Under the pieces are notes generated by a model, which had not been told where the DNA came from, did no database searches, and saw only the letters and a list, made by a program, of their open reading frames with translations. Made by a program: the position numbers and the translations under genes. This document shows, one piece after another, positions 52,044-64,000 of a DNA stretch of 64,000 nucleotides; the first letter of the stretch is position 1, and each line of letters opens with the position of its first letter. This DNA is from Antedon mediterranea (lineage: Eukaryota > Animalia > Echinodermata), in contig NC_092679.1 in NCBI RefSeq assembly GCF_964355755.1, forward strand, positions 5,486,201-5,550,200, given 5' to 3'.

Positions 52044-53727
52044 GATAGATTTAATAATTAGTTTTTTGTAATAGTTTCGTCAAAAGGCTTATCTATTGGG
52101 TAGATCTTGGCGCTACAGCATTTTCTGAGGTCATCTTTACGGTTAGGTTCAGGTCTCAGTGACTTTAAAATCCTTAATTGCTTCTCTATTTTAGTACTGT
52201 ATTTTAATATAGAGCTCCAAGATATTCCTTTGCTCTCTTGTAGTGTTACATGTTGTAAGGAACTATTGTTAATGAATTGATCGTTGAAATTCATTCATAT
52301 ACCCTTCAGTAGCTAATAAATCCATACTTACTGAAAGGTAAATTCAGAATCTAAAGCTCTGTCTACACTATCAAACTAGTTTTTGTTAAATAAAGTGTAG
52401 ACAGGGCTTTAGAGAGGCCATTATAAATGATCCTACTGCAGTTACTGTAACTACACTTTGTTTACTATAAACTGTTATACAATTATATTTTTAGGGGGTG
52501 AGGGTGTGAGTGTGAGGTAATCCTACACACTGTCTATTATCAGACTTCTACATTGAAACAAAGGAAAACCATCTGTTATATTGCATTAAAAAAATTTAGT
52601 TACTGCATAAGAATAATTTTAGCATAATTATTATTATTAATGCTGTAGTATATTGAGTTTAATAAACTATTTTGTTATCTAATACGTCTTTTCCATGTAT
52701 GTGTAATGTTCATATTTGCATTAGACAGTTACAATGAAATACACAAACACAGTACTAAGTATAGTTTTATATATTTTGTCATTTTTAAGAGGGCCCTTGG
52801 ATATCAGCTGACCTGCGGGTTCAGCTGGAAGAGTTTCCCTCTATAAATAAAGTTGAAATAAAAATAAAAGCAGTAACAAAGAAATACACAGTTCTATATA
52901 TGTAGCAACATTTATTCAACAAAAATGTGGCAAAACAATATTTTTACTTTAGAGTTTTTATCAACTTGGAATAACAATTGTTTGTTTTTAATATTGCATA
53001 TTTTATATATAACTTCTTTAAATAAATATTTCTTAGTTAATAAATAATTTGCATAAATACCAATATCGGAATTTATTTTTTTTACATTTAACTCAATAAA
53101 TACTTTTTTCTTTAAATACTAAATTTTAAGTAATAATTTAAATACTGTACATAAGTTTGTATAACTCAAGCCGATGTGTATAATGTGTTTGAGTTGTCAG
53201 GCCATTTAGAGAGTAGCACCCACCTCCCAAAAAAAAAACCACCAGTTACATTTCATATGATTGATTTCAAAAAACAATTTTTTTTTTTGGTTCATTGTAA
53301 ATATAATAGTGAAACATTTATTGCACCAAAGATAGTTATTTGTCACTTGCTGTCATCGTTCACCCATTTACAGTTGCTGGAAGTATAGTTAGGATATCTG
53401 AAAAACAAAGTAACAAACTTGTGTATATTTCTAAAGGCAACTGATGGGAAAGCTCTTTTGTAACAGTGGTTAGAATTAAGTTGAGATACAAAAGGGTAAA
53501 CCAAAGAAAAATAAAGCAGGACCTACATTCTAAGTACTCAGATTTTACGTCCGTATAAAATGAGCATGACAATAGTTATTTGTTCTCAATATCTTTAAAA
53601 GATTGCACGATAAACACTTGGGTTCAATTTTGAGGTCAACCTGGGTTTATTCCATGTTTTCGGTACAGATTTTGGTTTTGTACCTGTACGTAAAAATTTA
53701 GCTCCTACTGTGTCACTTAAACGAAGG

Positions 53728-56700
53728 TCATTTACCCTCCGGAATGTTCTGATCAAACTTGATAGATGACTTGTACTGTACGAATTTACCCGCTGGTAAA
53801 TATGAGTACTCATTGAATTTTTCTATGCAACACTGTGGCACAACAGTTTGAGCGTTAAACAGTTTGCGATTGCTGGACACTGCCACCGTGGGATGATCCT
53901 GTAATTAAATAGGAAGGGTTAGAGATGTGATGTTTCGATAGGGAAAATTGATAACAGGAGGAGAGAATTTATACCAAGGCAATTTAACAACAGGATGCTG
54001 ACCTCCGGATCAAAGGGTTTATCTGTGGCGGTGACATAATCAGTTACACGTCTCTTAACACTCACCGAGCAGCCGGGGGAGGGGGGATGAGGGAATATGT
54101 ACATAGTACAGTACTGTTGGTATTTGTCACAGCCAGACATAAGATCAAAGGACTGTTACGAGTTCCTATCTTGGTAAGGCGAGCTCAATGTCTGTTGTTA
54201 GATTGCCTTGTTTATACAAAGATTTGTTCATTGTCACGAGACTATTTTTAGGTTTTATTTATGGTACTCTTGTCTTTGTTTACTGTCTCGAAACAAAGTA
54301 TGATTCAATCATCCTGAAATTATCATTATAACTAAACCTCTGTCTACACCATCAAACTAGTTTGACAAAAAAAAGTGTGATGTGCCCAAATATGGTAGTG
54401 ATGACATCATCATGTCCATATAGCCACATTTGTTTGTTTGCTAGTGTAGACAGAGCTTATTTTTGTTAACTTTAGTGAGCTTTGGATAGATGCAATCTTA
54501 CTTCATTCAAATCATTTGGTGTTTTTCTGCTTTTTTTATTCTTTGGTAGAGTTGGTACCACTGCATTACTCAATGCTCTCTTCACTCTCATTAATGGAGT
54601 TGTCTCTCCTTTGATCATTAATGTCTGTAGATCGTTTTCAGATGGAATACCACCTGATAACTTCTGTATCTGTGGTGTAACCTAAAATAGAAATTATTAT
54701 TTTTCTAACTATATTAGAATGGAATGCTAAGTTTGCATAAATAGTTATTAACTTATAGATTTCTGGGTATATTGATTATTTACCTCTTTGGCTGTAGTTT
54801 TAGTTGGAGTTATTTCCATGACTTCTGATTCATAGTTGTCTTGTAAAATTAGCTCCCTTTCATCACAAGCTGGTAACTCAACAGCGGAAACATCAAACTT
54901 AAAAGAGAAATATAGAAATAGTATATTTGGTATGAACTGAACATTCTAGTTAGCAAGTATGAATTTTAACAGTACTGGTACATGTAGCCCCTACTGTCTT
55001 GTTGGGGACAGACAAATTGGTGCTGTTTGATGGCAGAATTCGACACGAATGGACCCTTATTGGAGAAGACGGTTTGATGGCAGCATTCGACACAAAAGGA
55101 CCCTTAGGGGAGAAGACGGTTTGATGGCAGCATTCGACACGAAGGGACCCTTAGGGTTGTTGTGTGTGTCGTTCACACCTGTGCGCAATTCCGCCCAGTA
55201 GGCTGCAATAACATGTCATACAAGGTGCATGGGTCATAGGCAACACAGCTAATCTAAACATGCATAGTAAGATATGTTTCGATCATAATTATTAAATTAT
55301 GATATTGTTTCTGAAATAGTATACAGAAATACAGTAATCAATTCTGAAAGGTTTCTATTTTATAAGATCGATCGTTTAAAAAATAAATCTCACAGAGTAT
55401 TTCATCATGCTTGATCGATGACTTCTGTGCCTCTTTTTCCTGATTGGTGTACTCGTCTTTATGTTAGCGCCATCATTCACTATCGATTTGTCTACCATAC
55501 TGGTACTTCTCTGATGTTGGAAAAATGAATATATCATATTATAATCTTATTATTTTAAATATCTAAAATAGTTATTATTTATAATTATAATCGAGCAAGT
55601 AAAAGGCCAAGTGGTTAAGACAGTGGAACCATAATTTGTAGCCATAACATCAGCAAGGGTTCTCCATGGTTCCAAGTCTTCTTTGATAAGGACCATAAAC
55701 TGTTGATCCAGTGTACACATCTGGCTCATAAGCTGGCTTAAAGAACCTAGTATATTAACATCTTTTAAGACGTGTAGGGTTCCCCCGGTGTATTACAAAC
55801 ACAGCCACTGTCGCACAGCCACTTAGCTAGGGGTGGAGGGGGGGGGGGTGGAAGGTGTCACACGTCCTTCATAAACTAATGTAAAGCATCAGCTCTCCTT
55901 TTTTATTATTCATTTTTAAACCTACCTTCTTCAGAATACTACTTGATGGCGATATAGAGGGCAGATGAAGCTGTGCTGCTTGAATACTTAACTCTGGTTC
56001 ATATTCTCTTTTTTTATTATCGCACAGTGAAAATGACACATGTTTTGAACTCTTAATACTACTGCTCTTGGACTGTCAATTCAAACAAAATCATTTCATT
56101 ATGCTGTTGTCACAGGTTGTAGAAGTTAATAAATATCAGGGATTTATAAAATGCGTAACATTGTGAATCACCCTGGTCATTTTTGGATCAAACATGTATT
56201 GAAACACACTCCCATAATGCAGCTAGTAATCAGTGCAAAGTTGTATCTTGACTTTACCAGATACCCACATGGGTGGAGAGAGACAAACGTAAGTAAACTG
56301 TCTTGCCTAAGAATACAAGTGATTCAACGAGATCTCACAATCAATAGTCCAACACACTGGGCCACACGCCCTTACGTTGGGCGTCTTATATCTAGATACA
56401 TTATGTACTTACAGGGCTTTTGTTGACTTTAGCTGCTGATAATAGTCTTTTACCATGAATTTGCAAAACAGATTTCTCTACAGTAAGAACGATCAAAAGA
56501 AACAAGATAATTACTTGTAGATACAAGAGTGCATCTTTTATTTGTCTATATCCTATTTTATTTAGGTTCAAATTTTACTTTGGATTGACTCAATAAGGTT
56601 TTTTTCATTGTATAAGCTATGCAATTGTTTTTATGTACTGTATACATATGTAGAAAATAAATCATTGGCATGTGGAACAATATGTAACAGTGATTTAGTT

Positions 56701-59700
56701 TACCTGAATGGTATGAGGCATCAGAACTTTCTTCACTGGTTGTGAAACTGAATACTGATCGTGGCCGTTTTGTATGCCGAGTGTGGTCCCCCTGTCGAGT
56801 GCCTACTCCTCCTTGAGTGTCAGTACAACCTTGAGTATCTGCTCCCCCTTGTGTGGGTGCACCTTTGATTGATGAAGCATCCATAGATGAAACTACTCCT
56901 TGTAGATTATATAAATGTTCTATACCTCCTAAAAGTTAATATTCATTTTTTCAAAAATTAAACCTTAATTATTTAATTTAATAATTTAATAATTATTATT
57001 AATTAGTAGTTTTTAGTAATTAACATTTACAGTCAATTCTCCTAATACCAGACATTCTTGTTCAGCTGGCCTTTTTCATAAATCTTAAAATTTATTTACA
57101 ATTTACATGTGTTTTGTTGGTAAAAAAAGAATTTTAGACCTGTGAATCTCAAGCAAAGTCTGTTTGTGGGAGAATTTCCAGTTTCAGGGAGTCCTTAAAT
57201 TGAGAATGTCAACCTCATTAACTAACATAATATACTATTAACCATTACTATTATCAATTCAATCCACAAACTCATTTCTTTCAAAATTGACCAATCAACT
57301 GTGTTATACTAACTTTACACACCCGTTAGTTTTGTAAATTCGACAGCAATAAAAATGAATACAGCTTTCTGAATTTAGATTAAGCATGCGTACTGTACAT
57401 AAATTGGAAGCTATTAATCAGGAAGCTAAAAGCTTGTAGATCTATCAGTCTAAGAAATCGGATATTCATGTCTTCAATTCTCGATTTATATCGGCTTTAC
57501 GTGATATTAGCTGTGCAATGTCCCAAAAGTGATTACTTTCTCAAATCAACATATTATATTATATTAAACGATATCAGAACTCCTCTAGTTGAACGATACA
57601 TATTTTGAATTGCTATAAAAATTACACCCCATCAAAATCACTATAGACTATAGCATTTTTAAAAATCGCACACAATTTAGAATAAAATAAAATTTCATCA
57701 TTATATACAAAACAATGAACCAACCAACAATGTAATGAACATTGTTACTAACCCACATTTTAGGTGAGCTTATTTTACTAAAACATTAAGCAAGTTATTT
57801 TATTTTTATTTTATTACCTGTTATGCTGGAAAGATCAGGTTGAGTTCTAACTTTACTTATTTCAGAATTCTCAACTGGTGTTGAGTGGAGGTTCTTGTCT
57901 GTCCATGCATTCCAGTGTCCCTCTAGATTATTGTCAACTAAAAATAAATAAATTCACTTGCCCGTAACATGGGAATGAACCCCTCTTTCAAAACTAGCAG
58001 CAAAAGTGATGGTAGATAGGCTTAGCTAGCTCTTGACAGGTTTACCTTTTGTGGGATAAAAAAGTCTAAGCCCCCTATAAAGGTTTTATTCACTATGTCT
58101 TATGTCTCATGATTTATTTCAGAGTTTATTTTTACAATACATATTTTTTTAATAGTGAAAGAAGTAATTGTAAGAAAAAGAAACAATTATTTAAAGATAA
58201 TTATTACTTTGACTATTACAATAAAGGATTTAAAATATATGTATATGCTTGAGTACCTGGAATATCTGATAGATCACCGACAGATTGGTAGTCATGGATA
58301 GCAAGTGCCGTTGTCTTCTTCTGAAGCGTTGAGTTTGCTTGATTCATACCTGTGAACCTGCCAACTGATGGTCTCTTCTTTGGTATCACTTTGGACACTA
58401 ACGATGACAACAAGATAATCAATGTTCTAAATATTGTTGTTTATTTCGATGGCAATTATAATTATTTGTGCAGGGTTAAAAAATACATGTCTGCTTTATT
58501 GTCAACATCTATACAATTTTGAGATTAATTTGTTTACCTTCAGCTTTGTCTACACTATCAAACTAGTTTGACAAAAAAATGTGATGTGCCCATATATGGA
58601 CATGATGATGTCATATCTCTACCATATTTGGGCACATCTCACATTTTTGTCAAACTAGTTTGATAGTGTGGACAGAGTTTAAGTATAGTGTTAATAAAAC
58701 AAAATCTATCAAGTGGTCTTTTAATAGAAAGTGGTTCCCTTAATAAATGATCACTATTTAAGGTGGTCCCTTATTATAAAATATACTATTTAAGGTAATT
58801 CTTGTTATTTTAAGCAATTTTATAATCAAATGTTGCCTTAATTTCTAGTTGGGAGCAGGAAGGATAGTTTCACCTTTAATGTTTGCTTTTACGATTGTTA
58901 CCTCAAATTACCTTTGATAATAGAAATCGGTTTATATAAAGCTCTGTTTACACAATCAAACTTTATGTGACAAAAAAATGTGCCCATATATAGACATGAT
59001 GATGTCATATCAGGCTTTTAGATTGTGGTTGCCATATTATATTTAAGCTCAGCTTTTAAAACTTTGTTTTTATACATAATTTGTTTAAAAAATTGTTTAA
59101 AAACAATTGATGTGAAAGATATTATACACTACCTTTGATAACTGGTAGAAGTCCTTTGGCCTTTTTAGCTGTGAATGATATGGGTGTAATCTTGTGGAGG
59201 AAGCTGAACTGTACAGGTTCCAATGGTCTGGCTATGTCTGCTGCATAATCTAATTAAGGTTGTAAACATTTTATAACATTCAATTTAGGTTAGAATGAGC
59301 TCATTGTACTAAGCCTCTGCATTATGTGGTAGGGTGGCTAGTTCCTTTCCACGCCGCCTTATCCTCCCTAGTATTTTCAACCTGGTACTCTTTTACAGCT
59401 GAGTGGACTGGGAGTTGTCGGGAATTGAACCCGGGTCTCTATGTATGACAGTCAAGTGTCCTAACCACTCGGCTATCCAACTCCAACATTCAATTGATGT
59501 TTAATCCAATTAACCATATACTTTTAAGTTACATTGTCCTATTGGAAATATAATCCAAAACAACTTTTGATAAATAGGCCATTTGAATAGTTATTCACTT
59601 TGATCAACAATTTGACCAAAAAAGAATAAATATATTTTTAATTAATTTAAAGAAAAACATTGTCATCCAGTTTATTTAGCGTGGAATCAACAATGTTGTT

Positions 59701-62700
59701 AATTTCCTTTTCATCTTTATTTTTCATGTTTTGGGGACAACACATTTTTATTATCAAATTATCAAATCAAATTATTAACATAATTTTAGCCTAATTTGCT
59801 TTCTATTTCACTGACCGGCTGAGTAAACAAATTATAGCCCCATATTAGGAATATTTCTCTCAAGGTTCAGACATATTTATTAATATTCAATTATAAAAGA
59901 ATTTTATTAGAATCTTTTATCCCAACAGTTCAAATTGAAAACACTAAATTGTATGCAATTAGCCTAAAGCTAATTCCATTCTGAGTATTTTCCTAATGGT
60001 CTCAATTAAGTTTAAATCAATGACAAGTCACAGGATACTGCAACAGAAATGTAAGATTTATAAAGTACATATTTACACTGAATAGCAAATCACAATTTAT
60101 TCAATGTCCTAAGTAAGATATCTTGCTGTAGAACAACTCATAAAAACGTTCTGCCTAAGACCTTTAACACATGTTGCTGCATAAATATTAGAAGTCACTT
60201 TCTTTCAGAGATACACATGTTTAAATAGAAGTTCAAAATTTAGAAATGTATTATAAAAAATATATATTATAAAAATATAAATATATATATAAAAACACAA
60301 CAGCCAAAGTACATTAATTCTAAATCGTTAACCGCCTGGTGATCATACTGAACATGTATTAATTAATTTGAAACGATAAGATGAAGAAATCTGTAAGAAT
60401 GAGAAAAAGTCACTTCAACCGAGATTCAAACCCGGACCTCCCGCTTGATATGCAGGTGTCCTAACCATTAGACCACTGGGGCTTTCATGGTATTGTTAAA
60501 ACGCGTTTGGATAGTGACTCTTAACATTCTCGGCGTGGTACGGCGGAACAGCACTAGTCCTCAGTTGTACGCACGGGCATACACTATACAAAATAATATA
60601 TAAAAATATTAAATTTATTTCAACATGACACAAACTAAACTGATATGGAAAGAAAAACTGTATTAAACATTTTAAATTTTTTTAAATAAATAAATAAAAA
60701 TATTTTAACTTGACATAAACCTACTGCACTGATATGGAAAGAAATAACACTGTATATGAAAATCTAAATTTTATAGAAATCATTATCACTACCTGGTAAG
60801 TCGTGTCTAAGAGTTTCCATATCGAGAAATGTTTCTTCTTTTTCGTCATACGCTGTTTTATACGTCATGGTTGAGTCGGTACAGCAAAGTGTTGTATCTT
60901 CATCTAAAGAGAAGTCAACAAACTAGGTATTATAGATTCAATACTAACCAACGTTGCGTAATCTTTACGGCCATCACACTTATAAAATATGTCGGCTCAA
61001 CAATAAAATATTTCAAAATGAAACTACACTATTTAAAATTTTGTATCAGAATCAACATTTGCCGGACATTACTCTGTTATTCTACTGCAAATAATCATTT
61101 AAAAAATACACCAATTTATTTTTTAAATACATGTCAAACTTCATCCATTTTGTATTAAACAATATACTAAAACTGACAAGGTCAATAAATGTTGTAAAAA
61201 CACATTCATCGTGATTCTTCTATATTTTCTGACTTGTATAAATAATATTTAAAAAGTGTTGTCAAAGAGTCAATAAATGTTGTAAAAAAATTAATTCATC
61301 ATGATTCTTTGTATATTTTATGTTTTCTTATATAACATTAACAATAATATTTAAAAACTGTTAAAAAAACAGTCAATAAATTTTCATCATGTGATTATAA
61401 AGAAGAAATGTGACATATGTCATTGTCAATAAATAACACAATAACACAAACATTCAATTCTTGTACATTTTCTTATTTTGTAAGTGTAATCAATGAATAC
61501 ATTTATTACCGCTTGTTTTAAAAGAATGTACTAATATTAAGTTGTTTGCATTTAACTTATTTAAAACATATTTTATCTTAATTTGTCTACAATACAGCCT
61601 ACAGGCCTTGTCTTTTAAGGCGAGCGAGTGCGATCACTCACCTAACACCCTCCTAAACTACCCTTGAGGAGTGTGATTTACAACACGCTTAAATTTGGTA
61701 AACTTCTACACACCAAAATACAAACAGCACACCTACAGCAGTTTTAAGGAGTGCAATTTTTAGCACACCTATAATTTATTAAAGACAAGGCCTGAAAATG
61801 TAATGTTTATATTTTAAATATTATACATTTTTTAAATGCAATATTTATTTCTAAAGAGGTCTTGAAACAAATTTCTAAACAATGCAATAATGATAACAAA
61901 ATTTTATACATATTTCATTTACTTTTGTTGGCTTTGATGCTATTGTACTGTAGATACAGCTGTAGTTATCTGACTTTTTAATTGGGAGATGATATATGGT
62001 ATCTTCTTTACTTCATTTTATATCCATTAACAGATAACTCTGATGTAACACAATCGAAGCATGCTTTTTAGCATATCAGAAACAACTAATGGTTACATCC
62101 TAGGAATGATATAAACATATCTCTAATAAGATTCTCTATATGAAAATATCATACAACTACAGTATTCTAGTTGGCATAGATTAAACACGCACAACAAACT
62201 ATCTACATATATATGCTAGGTTAGCATTTAAGCATTAGTACTAATTGTTTTAAAGATATATTGTCCACCTGAAAAAATTATATTTTAAATTGTTGTTGTT
62301 GTTGAATGTGCCATTTTAATGTCACATAATACTAATATTTATCCATTTAAAAAAAAATTTGAATCAAAAATTGAATTTAAAGCAAAAAAAATAGTCAAAT
62401 TAGCTGCCAGCAAATGGGTTTTGGTTGAATTTAATTTTTTTTTTTTTCATTATAATTATGAAAAAACATTATTTTTTTTATTTTATTTTTTTTTACAGTT
62501 CAAGCGATTAACTTGATTAAACTACAAGATAACCTATTCGAAGTCTGATTTAATTAATTGTAATTTTTTATATTGGGGGGGGGGGGAGGGGTGGTGGACA
62601 ATACATCTTTAATGTTACTATCTTTTAGTTTATTTAGCTCAAATATGTCATTTTCGATCATATACTGTACTTTCTACACTGTAGAATTAATATATTCATT

Positions 62701-63723
62701 TTTTATGTACGCCACTCTAAATACAAGGGATAGAATATGCATATTTACTGATATTCAGTCATTTGACTCAAATATGTCATTTTGATTTATGTAAAATAGA
62801 ATTAATATAACAATTTATGTGTTAAGAGTTTAAGCCACCATGAATACTAGTGATTTATTAAGCATACAGAAACCTGTTTATTTTTATTACATGTAGATTA
62901 AAAATATTGAGTATACATAATTTAAATACATTACACGTTAAGCATTATAATTCATGGATGAACCGGATTGGTATTCAGATAATGTAGATAGTGTATTTTT
63001 TATATATCTAGGTTAATCCATTACTTATATTGATGGTAATCAAATTGAAAACTATTACTAATATATAAACTTAATATTACCTAACACTTAGGTCTACTAA
63101 TTCCTGTAGAGTATATGTATATATATATTATACTCTATCTATTAATACAATAATGTATACATTTAAAATATGTACATTACACTACAGATGTATAGTATTT
63201 TACCTGAGTCATCACTGTCCTCAAGGCAGGTTTGCGTTGATGAGGTATCCAGGTCAGTTGTCGTAAGGTCATCTGCAATCGTTTCCATACTGTCCGTTAG
63301 ACTACTTACGTCGTCGGAAGATTGGCCAGAAGTATTATTGTCCAATAAATTAACGATTGAGCATTCACTCACCTATGATATTTATAAAACAATGAGTTTT
63401 ACTTACAATGAGAATAGATGATACCATTATTATTGTTCTAAATTACATACACCTCAAAATAATAATCATCAAAAAAGCTTAAATTTGTAAGCTCTGTCTA
63501 TACTATCCAACTTCATGTGGCAAAAAAATGTGATGTGCCCATATATGGACATGATAATGTCATATCAATACCATATTTGGGCATATCACTACTATATTTA
63601 GGTACATATACACACTTTCTTTGTCAAACAAGTTTAATAGTGTAGACAGAGTTTTAGTTTGTACTTACAGCAGGAGTGTTTGTGAGCTGAGGGAGCTGTA
63701 CAGCTTCAGGACACTGGATGCTA
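53728..63723 (-). CDS. 3' part of an uncharacterised Ser/Thr/acidic-rich, probably disordered protein with KHVSF and SILK motifs; 5' end outside the window
   Basis: Phase-compatible GT-AG exons: 63723(or 63720)-63669, 63372-63204, 60903-60793, 59249-59133, 58397-58257, 57937-57818, 56928-56704, 56477-56413, 56072-55926, 55510-55394, 54897-54784, 54681-54502. Terminal exon is either 54313-54305 (DD*) or 53898-53728 (DHPTV...EGK*). Confidence 0.75.
55025..55156 (+). repeat. 47-bp tandem repeat, about 2.8 copies
   Basis: GTTTGATGGCAGCATTCGACAC...GGACCCTTAGGGGAGAAGACG at 55025, 55072 and 55119. Confidence 0.85.
59290..59480 (-). mobile_element. tRNA-derived SINE
   Basis: Minus strand GGATAGCCGAGTGGTTAGGAC...CCGGGTTCAATTCCCG (A/B boxes) followed by CCAGTCCACTCAGCTGTAAAAGAGTACCAGG. 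Confidence 0.65.
61602..61794. mobile_element. hAT-like MITE
   Basis: TIRs CAGGCCTTGTCTTT / AAAGACAAGGCCTG; no TSD recognisable. Confidence 0.55.
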
Positions 63724-64000
63724 CTGTAACAAATACAGAATACATCAACAGCTACAATAAACATTACTATGTAAACTCATACATTATAAAACATGTCTGA
63801 CGACAAACAAATAACACCCTCAAGCTTGTATCATCGAAACACATCATTTAAATTTGAAGCGTGTCAATACCTAAAACCCTAAACTGCCTACAAGCATAGG
63901 CAATTTATATGCATGATAAACTAGGACTATACTGTTATGCTGCAACAATCTGCCACAAGCCTTAAACCAGCCCACACGTATTACTACTCAAACCCCCTGC

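Noticed and set aside
59415-59485. Functional tRNA gene
   Set aside because: Stems pair poorly and the sequence continues into a SINE body.
61920-62100. Extra exon of the minus-strand gene
   Set aside because: An acceptor-like site is present, but I found early stops, and the flanking exons already join in phase.

Overview
AT-rich, intron-containing animal genomic DNA, most likely a marine invertebrate (Deu/Nin-type SINEs, dermatopontin-family genes); it is not prokaryotic. The left two-thirds is a birth-and-death cluster of secreted dermatopontin / haemagglutinin-amebocyte aggregation factor (HAAF)-like genes. Three copies on + are intact (14540-17294, 24024-26157, 38256-40455). One copy on - (3543-8949) is split inside exon 3 by a young, internally deleted Gmr1-type Gypsy LTR element (4495-8289, GTAGA TSD), and orphan exon fragments lie at 18.8, 20.4 and 27.0-27.4 kb. 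A 5.5-kb foldback (Mutator-like) element at 29393-34885 has inverted 21-bp tandem arrays as arms, a 9-bp TSD and a central array that shares the same core motif. The right third holds a frameshifted METTL27-like pseudogene (-), an intact 7-exon SDE2 gene (+), and the 3' part of an uncharacterised multi-exon gene (-) with RVxF and SILK motifs. Helitron/Helentron-type elements, MITEs, SINEs, L1/Tx1 fragments and a tRNA-like repeat fill the rest. All calls were made by eye with no database searches. Most short ORFs in the track are spurious.
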